A DNA stretch of 64,000 nucleotides, from the NCBI GenBank assembly GCA_963768055.1, contig CAVYGN010000002.1, forward strand, positions 160,001 through 224,000, given 5' to 3'. The translations under genes were made by a program, and so were the position numbers. The stretch comes from an uncultured Spirochaetota bacterium (lineage in GTDB: Bacteria; Spirochaetota; Brevinematia; Brevinematales; JAOACQ01). Below are positions 18,965 through 27,757 of the stretch, in pieces. The notes below the pieces were generated by a model. That model searched no databases and was not told where the DNA came from. It saw nothing but the letters and a program-made list of their open reading frames with translations. Within the stretch, counting starts at the first letter, position 1; the number at the start of each line of letters is the position of its first letter.

Positions 18965-19285
18965 ATGAAGATAGAGGGAATAAATTTAATCCCTCATACC
19001 AACAATGTCAAAGCAACTGCCGATGTAAACACCAGGGGCAAGGATTTTTCAACAATAATAAAAATCCGTGAAGGAAATACTCAAGGCGTAAATCTGCCGA
19101 AAAACACGAATAAAGACCTGGTCCAGGATTTCGCAGAGTGGTATTTCAAAGAGGGAAAGTCTTATGAATCCACTAAAAGTTATAAACAAGCCATTTCAGC
19201 ATATGAAAAATCCAATTCCGCAGAACCCGATATTGACAAGGCTCACACCATAGATCAGGTCAGGAAAAAGGCCTACGATAAATAG
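18965..19285 (+). CDS. Small hypothetical protein with a C-terminal TPR-like helix pair
   Basis: GGAGG RBS at 18955; WYFKEG..Y.....Y.QAI.AYEK. Confidence 0.65.
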   Translation: MKIEGINLIPHTNNVKATADVNTRGKDFSTIIKIREGNTQGVNLPKNTNKDLVQDFAEWYFKEGKSYESTKSYKQAISAYEKSNSAEPDIDKAHTIDQVRKKAYDK

Positions 19286-19322
19286 CCGCTGCCCAGGCCG
19301 CTGTAAAAAAGGGAAAAGACCG

Positions 19323-20012
19323 ATGAAATTTCGCCTGATAATTGTATCGTCGTTTTTATTATTTTCTATGTTATATTCATGTTCTCAGGATTCAACCTCC
19401 ATGACTGTTATTTCGATAGAAGCAGTCGGTAATTGGGTCAATTTTAACGGCAGCGCCCTTTCAGCAAGTGAAGGGGTAATCAAAAGATCAAGGGATATAA
19501 GGATAAGCCCGAGTGAATTTTATGTCGACATACGAACTATAAAGATCAAAAGCGAATCAGGACCCTGGGTTACACTGCTTGACAAGTCTTTATCAGGAAA
19601 CAGGGAGATCGTCGGCACAACTTCCATACCTTCAAGATCGCCCGTAAAACCGGCCGAATATACCACGATTCTAGTCGGTATAGGTAAAAACTGGTTTTTA
19701 AGAGGTATCTATACGAATTCGATTGGTATCCCGATTAACTTTTCGATAACAAATACCAATTCGGTTGAAACCGAATATTTTCTTTTCAGCACGCCTAAAG
19801 AGGCAAAAAAACTTACAAATTCAGACGGCATCTGTTCAAATGCAGCCGTTTCCCTGATTAATAGCAGGGGTTATATTTTCAAGAGCGGAGATTATAAGCA
19901 AATCTATCTTTTTTTTGACACGCTGGGTATGATCAATGTATCGACAGACTCCCAGGGAAATATTTCGAACGTTTCGATCAGCAGACCCACGCTTGACATT
20001 AATATCAATTAG
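19323..20012 (+). CDS. Hypothetical lipoprotein
   Basis: Lipobox LYSC; beta-rich sequence. Confidence 0.7.
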   Translation: MKFRLIIVSSFLLFSMLYSCSQDSTSMTVISIEAVGNWVNFNGSALSASEGVIKRSRDIRISPSEFYVDIRTIKIKSESGPWVTLLDKSLSGNREIVGTTSIPSRSPVKPAEYTTILVGIGKNWFLRGIYTNSIGIPINFSITNTNSVETEYFLFSTPKEAKKLTNSDGICSNAAVSLINSRGYIFKSGDYKQIYLFFDTLGMINVSTDSQGNISNVSISRPTLDININ

Positions 20013-20028
20013 TGATTTAGAGGCCCTA

Positions 20029-20433
20029 ATGAAATTACCGAGGAACTTCCCACTTTCTTCCGGGATCGATCCTGTACCTTTTATCAATGTCTTTTTCCTG
20101 ATCTTCATGTTTTACATTTTTTATCCAGAGGCTCTTAAAAGCAGGGTTTTTGATATAAATTCTTATTCCCAGTCCGCTAAGACCGGTATTCTTTACGACA
20201 CGGAAGCCGTTGTAACACTTAAACAAAACGGCATGGTCATGATCAACCGAATTCCCGTCCGATGGGATAATCTGGGTATTAAGATAAAAGAAATTTACAA
20301 CATGGACAGCAACATAACAGTGATCATCAAGGGTGATAAAAGCGTCCCCTTTGGAAAGATAATGGATACTATGAATGTCCTAAGATTGACCGGCATTAAG
20401 AAAATGCGCCTGGCAGCGGAAATTATGAAATGA
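20029..20433 (+). CDS. exbD: ExbD/TolR-family protein
   Basis: Single TM IDPVPFINVFFLIF; VIIKGDKSVPFGKIMDTM..L...G. Confidence 0.8.
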   Translation: MKLPRNFPLSSGIDPVPFINVFFLIFMFYIFYPEALKSRVFDINSYSQSAKTGILYDTEAVVTLKQNGMVMINRIPVRWDNLGIKIKEIYNMDSNITVIIKGDKSVPFGKIMDTMNVLRLTGIKKMRLAAEIMK

Positions 20434-20443
20434 GTGAAAAAAC

Positions 20444-21241
20444 ATGAAAGAACTGGGTATTAAAAAAAGCTTTATTATCTCGCTTTCCGGACATCTTCTC
20501 TTTCTTCTCATTTTTACTTTTGTTATGGCTTCCGGCATAAAGAATGAAGACAAAGATCTGGTTACAGTCAGCCTGGAACCCATTGGAGAAAGCATATCGA
20601 AGGGCCTCGGCGACAATATTTACGAGCCTGCCGAAAAACCCATGCCCAGGCTTACTGATAAAAAAACTTTACCGGAGGCGAATAAAACCATACCTGAAAA
20701 GACTTTGCCTGAAAAAGAAAATGAAAGCGTAAAGAATATCCCCGGGGCTACTGGTGAAGATCTTGCCAAGGAAACACATAACAGTAAAACCGACACGGCT
20801 AATTTAAACAACATAAGCAATTCCATCAGCCAGGAAGAAAATAAGCAGCAGGAAATTAAAAAGCTCTTCGGGGATATCGAAAAAGCCCTTGAACAGGGCG
20901 GATCTTCTTCATCAAATGAAGGAAAAGGCGCCTACTCTTCCGGAGGCGACCCTCTTTCCGATGCATCCTGGGGTTTAAGGCCGAGGAAAACAACCTTCTT
21001 TCCGGATATTCAATCAAAGATACCGGATAAATATAAAAAAAAGGGACTCAGCTATTCCATTACGGTAATACTTACTTTCGATAAAAACGGACTGGCATCA
21101 AGGGTGGAAATTATCAGCTCGTCAGGTGATCCGGCTATTGACAGCATCTTCAACGAGGAATTGAGAAAAATCCGTGTCGAACCCATCGATGAAGACCGCA
21201 TCGATAAAATAACCAAGGTTTTTAAAATATCTTTGAAATAG
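20444..21241 (+). CDS. tonB: TonB/TolA-like energy transducer
   Basis: TM with SLSGH (SxxxH), Pro/Lys/Glu-rich linker, C-terminal V.IISSSGDPAID. Confidence 0.75.
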   Translation: MKELGIKKSFIISLSGHLLFLLIFTFVMASGIKNEDKDLVTVSLEPIGESISKGLGDNIYEPAEKPMPRLTDKKTLPEANKTIPEKTLPEKENESVKNIPGATGEDLAKETHNSKTDTANLNNISNSISQEENKQQEIKKLFGDIEKALEQGGSSSSNEGKGAYSSGGDPLSDASWGLRPRKTTFFPDIQSKIPDKYKKKGLSYSITVILTFDKNGLASRVEIISSSGDPAIDSIFNEELRKIRVEPIDEDRIDKITKVFKISLK

Positions 21242-21259
21242 CCTGCTTAAGGTGCTTCT

Positions 21260-21970
21260 ATGAAACGCAAAATCTTGAATATCGCCCACCGGGGCGGGAG
21301 GGGCCTTGCGCCTGAAAACACTCTCCGCGCTTTTTTAACAGCCGTTTCCGCCGGCGCGGACGCTATTGAATTCGACGTGCAGAGGACAATTGACGGAAAG
21401 CTGGTCGTATTTCATGATAAGGACCTTAAGAGGACGATGGGTTTGAGCGTTTATTTGAAAGATATTACGTTTGAAGGATTGCGGAAGCTTGACGCGGGCG
21501 GGGGCGAAAAGGTACCGCTTCTTGAAGAAACGCTCAAGCTTGCGTTAAAGCACCGTCTCTTAATGATCATTGAACTAAAAAACCCTGAAGTTTTTCCCGG
21601 GATCGAGGAAGAGGTCTACAGCCTCATATCGAACCTTGACGCTGCCGAGCTTGTAAAGATCGCCTCTTTTAGCGCCCATTCACTGGACCGCTTCAGACTA
21701 ATATCTTCACATTTTAAGCCGCCCCTAGTCAGGAATTACCGTTTCGAAATGCCGGAAAGGCTTGAATATTACGACGCGGTAAGCGTCGATGCACGGTATT
21801 TTCGGCTGTTTCCATGGAGGATGAGAAAATATAGAAGGCATTGCGAAGATGTTTTCGTATGGAACGTCAACAGGGAACAGGATATGAAATATTTCATCAA
21901 AATCGGTGTTGACGGAATAATAACGGATTATCCGGACAGGCTGGCAAGGATAATAACCGATTCAAAATAA
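21260..21970 (+). CDS. Glycerophosphodiester phosphodiesterase
   Basis: IAHRGG...PENT, IEFDVQRT.DG.LVVFHD, IELK, GVDGIITDYPD. Confidence 0.95.
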   Translation: MKRKILNIAHRGGRGLAPENTLRAFLTAVSAGADAIEFDVQRTIDGKLVVFHDKDLKRTMGLSVYLKDITFEGLRKLDAGGGEKVPLLEETLKLALKHRLLMIIELKNPEVFPGIEEEVYSLISNLDAAELVKIASFSAHSLDRFRLISSHFKPPLVRNYRFEMPERLEYYDAVSVDARYFRLFPWRMRKYRRHCEDVFVWNVNREQDMKYFIKIGVDGIITDYPDRLARIITDSK

Positions 21971-21985
21971 TATAAAGACATCAGC

Positions 21986-22057
21986 ATGAAACAATTTTTT
22001 TATCGAGCGGAACTCGAATGCTTGAGCTGCAGCGGCTCAAAACGGCGTCAAGCGCTG
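21986..22057 (+). repeat. Truncated left arm of the long-hairpin family (H0)
   Basis: Near-identical to the reverse complement of 43536-43582; broken off by the start of H1. Confidence 0.7.
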
Positions 22058-22058
22058 G

Positions 22059-22346
22059 AGGCCGACCAGATCAATATGCCAATCTTCATGAAGTAAATTT
22101 TTTCCGGGCAGTATTCGACAGCGTTTGTGTTGAAAGCATGATATGCTAAGTTACAAAATTACGGCAAGCGTTGATTGAATGCTTTTAAAAAAAAGAAATT
22201 TTAATTATCTGATGTGTAGAATAATTAATATTAACGGAATCTTACTATACGCTTGCTATTCAATTTTTCCTTGCATTTCTCGGGCTGTCTCATAAAGCCA
22301 CGGAAAAAATTTACTTCAATTCGAGTCGCATATTGTCTTTATTCGG
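22059..22346 (+). repeat. Long imperfect hairpin element H1
   Basis: TGAAGTAAATTTTTTCCG (22089-22106) pairs perfectly with 22301-22318; homologous to H2-H5. Confidence 0.8.
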
Positions 22347-22353
22347 GGGAAAG

Positions 22354-22388
22354 GACTGATGACTGTCGACTATGGACTTTGGACTTGC
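22354..22388 (+). repeat. Five degenerate tandem heptamers GACTNNN
   Basis: GACTGAT GACTGTC GACTATG GACTTTG GACTTGC. Confidence 0.6.
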
Positions 22389-22413
22389 TTTCGCCGTTTT
22401 TCCGCGGCAGCAA

Positions 22414-22560
22414 TGTCATCATTTAGAGGACCCCGTCACCAGTTTGTCTGGCCTCACCGTTATTGCTAACAAACTGGTGAGGAGGACGAGAAATCTTGCA
22501 CCGGGGGAAGATTTCTCCCCGCCCCGCTGGGTCAGGATAAACGCTTCGCTCGAAATGACA
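22414..22560. repeat. REP-like palindrome R1 (TGTCAT..GAG..GAGAAATCT..AGATTTCTC..CGAAATGACA)
   Basis: Nested inverted repeats; homologous copies at 26969, 43207 and 45939. Confidence 0.75.
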
Positions 22561-22680
22561 CACTTTCATAAGTTGCGGAAAAAATTAAATTCAAAAAAGG
22601 CAACATGTATTTTCAATTTGGTAGGATGGGGCTGGGGCTTACTAATTGTCGTTTTGTCTGCTCCTGAATAATCATGTTTC

Positions 22681-23388
22681 CTAGTTGATCTGCCCTTCAA
22701 GAGCAATAATCAATTCAGATAAACTGGCATTTCTATTTTTTACATTTAAACAAAGGTTTTCATAACTCAAAGAGTTTACTGTTCTTAGAGCAATTTTCTT
22801 ACGCTTTCTATATGTCATACCTACAAGTTGATATATTTGCTTTAGTGTTTCTGATGGATGTGGAATTGTTTCAGTAGAAGCACTTGAAATATCAATGCCA
22901 CTTATTCTGTTAGCATCTTCTAGAGTAAGTAAAGGAGAAATTTTTTTATAGTGATTCTCTTCACCGATAAACCAAGCCTCAAGTTCCATGATCGCCAATA
23001 TGATATTGACTGTGAGACCAGATTGTGGTATATTATGAAGTAAGCCATGCTTTAATCTATTAACATTTGTAATATCTACTATTTCAGGTGGATGATAAGC
23101 ATCTCTTAGGCCAATAACATATGAGTAGGCTTGCGCTTTTAAGCTTCCATGTCTCTCAATAATATAAGACTTTATTGATGAATCCCCTCCACAATCAAAT
23201 ATTAAAACATAATATTTATTTTCATTTACGGAATTTGCCATATTTAAGGTAATAAGTTTAGATTCAATATGTCCTCGTATTTCTTTCGCTTCAACAACAA
23301 GGTCATGTTTGCCAAATATTACAGTGACTAATTCACTCATAAATAATAATTCAGTTTGCCCTTCAACAAAAATTGCAATTTTCTTCAT
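22681..23388 (-). CDS. TOPRIM-fold nuclease-like protein (DUF4276-like)
   Basis: IFVEGQTE, GLRD, MELEAWF, HPS..L; AT-rich; ATGA overlap with the ATPase. Confidence 0.7.
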   Translation of the reverse strand: MKKIAIFVEGQTELLFMSELVTVIFGKHDLVVEAKEIRGHIESKLITLNMANSVNENKYYVLIFDCGGDSSIKSYIIERHGSLKAQAYSYVIGLRDAYHPPEIVDITNVNRLKHGLLHNIPQSGLTVNIILAIMELEAWFIGEENHYKKISPLLTLEDANRISGIDISSASTETIPHPSETLKQIYQLVGMTYRKRKKIALRTVNSLSYENLCLNVKNRNASLSELIIALEGQIN

Positions 23389-24533
23389 TTCTCTTCAAGA
23401 CCCTTTTCATAAAATTTTGTTGAAAGAAAATCAAAGTTTGAAAGCCCGGTATATACAAAATCATTGAATATATCTGCAGAGTTCTTATTGTTAAATATTT
23501 TACAATGATTATCGTTTCGTTGAATTACTTGCCAGTATTTTAAATCCACCGCATTCATTACAAAACGATCGTTTGTAGCCATTATTATTTGTATATTATT
23601 GTTATCCACATTTTCTGATAAAAATCCAATTATCTTTGTAGCTCTATCATAATCAAGTCCTTCCCCTATATCATCAATTAATAATGTTGAAGGTTTTAAT
23701 GTTTTCTCACTGTAAATAATTTGAATTATTAGTGATAAAACCCTAAACATTCCCTGCGACATCTCAGTTTGATACGTTACCGCAGATCGATCAGTTTCTT
23801 TTACATTTAGAAAATAAATTGGACCACCAAATGGAGACAGTATTGATAAATTAGGATTCGTAGAAACACCAATATCTGAAATTTCGTATCCGATAAAGCT
23901 CATATTTTTGATTATTAGATCTAAAAATTCTTTACCAAATCTTTTCTTTCCATTCAGAAACATAGATGTAACTTGATTTGTATCTCTTATGTTAACGTTA
24001 ATATTATCAAGATCGTTAATTACAAGTCCATTTTCTCTACCAAGAGGCGTACTAAATTGGTAATGTCGTACCCCCAATGCCCACTGAAAAAGTTTTTCAA
24101 GATAAGGGTGTTGAATCTCATCTCTTCTTGTAATAGCCACGATTAAATTTTGTGGTACCTTAATTTCAAGATCCTTTCCCTCCTTACTAGCATATATTTT
24201 GCAACTACCATCATTTTCTCTATCTAAAACTCGTTTATCATTTATATATAGTTTCTCAAATTCAATTTTCTTGTTTTTAAAGGACAAATTATATCTGAAA
24301 TGTTGTTCATCTTTAGAATCATAAAACTCTGCTAAGTACGTGCCAGTGTCAAACATTTGACTCTGAAAACCAGACAAAACATTACCAAGACCTGCAATTA
24401 TATTGATTGTTCTAGTTTTCCCTGTGGCGTTTTTCCCTACTAAAAGATTTATTTGTTCTAAACTCCATTCTTCTAGTACCCACTCATTTGGTAAATTGTC
24501 ATATTCTATATAACTAATTTGTTTTAAAAACAT
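23385..24533 (-). CDS. AAA_21/ABC-type ATPase
   Basis: Walker A LVGKNATGKT, signature MSQGM, Walker B LLIDDIGEGLD; GGAG RBS at 24541-24544; AT-rich. Confidence 0.85.
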   Translation of the reverse strand: MFLKQISYIEYDNLPNEWVLEEWSLEQINLLVGKNATGKTRTINIIAGLGNVLSGFQSQMFDTGTYLAEFYDSKDEQHFRYNLSFKNKKIEFEKLYINDKRVLDRENDGSCKIYASKEGKDLEIKVPQNLIVAITRRDEIQHPYLEKLFQWALGVRHYQFSTPLGRENGLVINDLDNINVNIRDTNQVTSMFLNGKKRFGKEFLDLIIKNMSFIGYEISDIGVSTNPNLSILSPFGGPIYFLNVKETDRSAVTYQTEMSQGMFRVLSLIIQIIYSEKTLKPSTLLIDDIGEGLDYDRATKIIGFLSENVDNNNIQIIMATNDRFVMNAVDLKYWQVIQRNDNHCKIFNNKNSADIFNDFVYTGLSNFDFLSTKFYEKGLEEK

Positions 24534-24680
24534 TATTTTACTCCAAACAGAAATATTTAAACTGATTTTACTTATTTTAAAATAAATTGTCAATATTGTG
24601 TGTTAATATTATGTGTCAGTATTGGAAGTAAAAAAACGAAATTTTAAGGGAATAATACTTTAAGGAGAACAAAAAAACAA

Positions 24681-24712
24681 TAAGTGATATTCATGAAATC
24701 TGTGGTTCCAAT
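24681..24712 (-). repeat. Right CACAGAT-type terminal repeat (cassette B)
   Basis: TGAAATCTGTGGTTCCAAT; its terminal 16 nt are the exact reverse complement of 37218-37233. Confidence 0.6.
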
Positions 24713-24802
24713 TTGTTAAATTCTTGTTTAATTTTGAAATATTTTAAACCCCATTACGTCATCTCATTTGTCAACAGTGCTTTCTTTTATTAAATTTACT
24801 TC

Positions 24803-24914
24803 AGGGCGCTTCTAATAACCGCCTTTCCAAGGCGGATAGGTAGCGCCCATAGGGCAAATTATAAACAATTAGAATGCTAATTGTTATTAACAATGTTAGT
24901 TATTGAACTGCCCT
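24803..24914. mobile_element. Complete ~112 bp MITE-like element
   Basis: TIRs AGGGCGCTTCTAATAAC / GTTATTGAACTGCCCT; internal GGATAGG.AGCGCCCATAGGGCA shared with the 53757 copy. Confidence 0.7.
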
Positions 24915-24932
24915 TCAAAAAAAGGATATGAT

Positions 24933-25877
24933 ATGCATGCCATTTCCGTCAACGGCCTGTCCAAGAAATTCAAGGATGTCCTGGCCGTCGATAATATTTC
25001 GTTCAACGTCGACAAGGGAGAGCTGTTCGGTTTCCTGGGCCCGAACGGCGCCGGTAAAACCACGACCATAAACATGCTTTCAACCCTCATCAGGCCGAGC
25101 TCCGGAGAAGCGCATGTAATGGATTTCGACATCTGCAGGCAGAGGGACCATGTGAGGAAAAGCATCGGAGTCGTTTTCCAGGAACCCGCCCTTGACAGCA
25201 GATTGACGGGCAGGGAAAACCTGGAATTCCATGCCATGATGTACAGCATGGGCAAATCCGAAAGGATGTCAAGGATAAAAGAGGTCCTGGAGCTTGTCGA
25301 ACTCTCGGATAAAGCCGGCAAAAAAGTCGAAACATATTCGGGCGGTATGAAGCGAAGGCTTGAAATAGCGAGGGGGCTTATGCATAGGCCGGATATACTT
25401 TTCCTTGACGAACCGACAATCGGGCTCGATTCTCAGACAAGAAGGCATATCTGGGACTATATAAAAAAACTCAACCATGAGAACGGCATAACAATGATGC
25501 TTACGACACATTATATGGAAGAAGCGGATTTTCTTTGCGACAGGATTCTTATAATCGATTACGGTAAAATTGTCGCCCTGGATACGCCCGCTAACCTTAA
25601 AAACATCCTCGGAGGCGACGTGGTCGATATTGAAATAACCGACTCTTGTGCAGATTTCGTTCAGGAGCTTAAAAAACTCGATTGGATAAAGACCGTAAAG
25701 GAACATGACTGCCGGCTGAGCCTGACAATGAATAACGGGGAAAAAAGGATACCCGGTCTTGTTGCCCTGGCCGTTAAGTCAAATTTAAACATAGCTTCCA
25801 TCAATCTGCATAAACCCAGCCTTGATGATGTATTCATACATTTCACGGGAAAAACTATCCGTGAAAAGGAATCTTAG
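24933..25877 (+). CDS. ABC-2 (DrrA-like) exporter ATP-binding subunit
   Basis: GPNGAGKTT, YSGGMKRRLEIARGL, LFLDEPT, TTHYMEEAD. Confidence 0.95.
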   Translation: MHAISVNGLSKKFKDVLAVDNISFNVDKGELFGFLGPNGAGKTTTINMLSTLIRPSSGEAHVMDFDICRQRDHVRKSIGVVFQEPALDSRLTGRENLEFHAMMYSMGKSERMSRIKEVLELVELSDKAGKKVETYSGGMKRRLEIARGLMHRPDILFLDEPTIGLDSQTRRHIWDYIKKLNHENGITMMLTTHYMEEADFLCDRILIIDYGKIVALDTPANLKNILGGDVVDIEITDSCADFVQELKKLDWIKTVKEHDCRLSLTMNNGEKRIPGLVALAVKSNLNIASINLHKPSLDDVFIHFTGKTIREKES

Positions 25878-25890
25878 ATAGGGGTCTCTT

Positions 25891-26658
25891 ATGAAAAGAA
25901 ATCTTATGGTAATATATGTAATGTGGCTGAGGGATATGAAGCGGTTTGTCCGGGCCCCTTCAAGAATCATAGGGAGCCTGGTCATCCCCTTTCTACTGCT
26001 CATATCCCTCGGACTTGGCCTCGGCAAGATGGCCGTGCCCGGCCTTTCGGCAAATGTCGGCTATCTGGGTTTTTTAGTGCCCGGTATGGCTGCTATGACC
26101 ATACTTTTTACCGGGATGTTTTCAGGACTATCGGTGCTCTGGGACAGGCAGTACGGTTTCCTCAAAGAGATAATGGTGGCCCCGGTTTCAAGGGTTTCCA
26201 TCGTTATAGGAAGGATAGTAAGCGGCGCGACAACCGGGGTAATTCAGACCTATCTGCTGATTTTCATTTCAATTTTTATAGGGTTTAAATTACCCTCGAT
26301 TTTATCCCTGTGCATTGCCTTAGTATTCATGATCTTAATGGCTTTTATATTTACAAGCATAGGGCTGATATTCGCATCCAGGATGAAAGACGAACAGGGC
26401 TTCGGCCTGATAATGAATTTTCTGGTGTTTCCCCTGCTTTTCCTTTCGGGAGCGTTCGTACCCCTGAATAATTTCCCGCTATGGGTAAAAATTGTTTCTT
26501 TTGCAAACCCAATGACTTACGGAGTGGACGGTTTAAGGAACACTCTTCTTGGTTCCTCTGCGATCCCGCTTCCCGTAAGCCTCATTGTATCCGGTTCGAT
26601 CGCCGTACTTCTGATAATTGCCGGCTCCTGGTTCTTTGAGACAAGCGAGATAGTATAG
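25891..26658 (+). CDS. ABC-2 (DrrB-like) exporter permease
   Basis: Six TM helices, WDRQYGFLKEIMVAPVSR, NPMTYGVDGLR. Confidence 0.92.
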   Translation: MKRNLMVIYVMWLRDMKRFVRAPSRIIGSLVIPFLLLISLGLGLGKMAVPGLSANVGYLGFLVPGMAAMTILFTGMFSGLSVLWDRQYGFLKEIMVAPVSRVSIVIGRIVSGATTGVIQTYLLIFISIFIGFKLPSILSLCIALVFMILMAFIFTSIGLIFASRMKDEQGFGLIMNFLVFPLLFLSGAFVPLNNFPLWVKIVSFANPMTYGVDGLRNTLLGSSAIPLPVSLIVSGSIAVLLIIAGSWFFETSEIV

Positions 26659-26922
26659 GGCCGTTAAAACAATACACCTCTGGATGAATTCAATTTTTAT
26701 CGAGAAGTACTCGAGAGCTTGAGCCGTATCAGTTCAAAACAGCGGCAATCGCTGATTGAATACTTTTTTAATAAAAATTATTTTTTATCTATATGCATAG
26801 ATTAAATATAATGAGCGGTCTCGAATAAGCGCTTGCCTTTACTGTTTTTCACTGACGGCTTCTACGCCCTCTACGTAAGGGCTCGATAAAAATTATTTCA
26901 TCCAGAACAGTCAATTGTTTTG
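26658..26922 (+). repeat. Long imperfect hairpin element H2
   Basis: 26679-26704 pairs with 26882-26906; begins GGGCCG on the upstream stop codon. Confidence 0.8.
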
Positions 26923-26968
26923 AAATCAGCGGGAAAGGACTGGGTTTTTCTGCCATTTTTCGATGGCT

Positions 26969-27074
26969 TGTCATTTCGAGGAACACAGCGACGAGAAATC
27001 CAGCTTCGGGGAAGATTTCTCCCCGCCGGGGCGGGATAAGCCCTTACAGGATAAACACTTTGTTCGAAATGACA
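26969..27074. repeat. REP-like palindrome R2
   Basis: TGTCATTTCGA ... TCGAAATGACA with inner GAGAAATC/GATTTCTC. Confidence 0.75.
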
Positions 27075-27216
27075 ATACTTTCATAATGCCCGCTGCCCGC
27101 CGACTTGCTAAATTTAAACCGCAGTGTTAAAATGTTGTGATTTTTTGGTTTTTCTTTAATAATTGTTTATTATATATAATAATTATATTTTTTATAAAAA
27201 AATTATGGAGGTTTGT

Positions 27217-27729
27217 ATGAGAATATGGATAATCGCTTTAATATTATTCTCACTGAATATCGTTTCTTACGCCGTTTCTTATGACAACCTGACACCCGCA
27301 CAGAGAAAAACCCTCTCTTCCGGCTGGTTAGAGGCGGGCCAGGCTTACTACGGAAACCATAAGAACGTAAAAGCTAAGAATTGCTTCATGTTTTCCAATG
27401 ACCTCTTTCCCATGGGTACTGATGCAGTGCAGGCCAGAGAGCTTTTAAAAAAATACTTCGGCCTTACGATAAAATACGATCCTGAAGTTCAATTCAAGGT
27501 TTATGTAAACAGCGCGGATACGGCAAAAGGCGAATACACGAATTATATAATAAACTATCTTTTAATGGCTTCTGAAATCAAGCAGGACAAAGATGTTCTG
27601 TACAGGATAGCCGTTCTTTACAATTCCCAAAACGATAAGGATAACGCTTCCGAGTTTTTGAAAAAAGCCCTCGCCGCAGGATACCCCTCCGATTCAGTCG
27701 ATCCTGGTTTGAAAGAACTTGTAAAGTAG
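27217..27729 (+). CDS. Secreted TPR-like hypothetical protein
   Basis: GGAGG RBS, signal peptide, LYRIAVLY...A.EFLKKAL.AGY. Confidence 0.7.
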   Translation: MRIWIIALILFSLNIVSYAVSYDNLTPAQRKTLSSGWLEAGQAYYGNHKNVKAKNCFMFSNDLFPMGTDAVQARELLKKYFGLTIKYDPEVQFKVYVNSADTAKGEYTNYIINYLLMASEIKQDKDVLYRIAVLYNSQNDKDNASEFLKKALAAGYPSDSVDPGLKELVK

Positions 27730-27757
27730 TCCTTATTAATTTGAACCGGGGGTAATA

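Noticed and set aside
21986..22560. CRISPR array or integron attC sites in the repeat-rich intergenic regions
   Set aside because: No equal-length direct repeats with unique spacers, no RYYYAAC/GTTRRRY core pairs bounding the hairpins, and no cas or intI gene in the window
22372..22671. 99-aa ORF, and similar ORFs at 43079-43463 and 45883-46245
   Set aside because: They run through palindromic repeat elements, lack an RBS and show no protein motifs; probably spurious
18936..24712. Prophage or genomic island integrated at ssrA
   Set aside because: No duplicated ssrA 3' end, no integrase, and the genes just downstream look native
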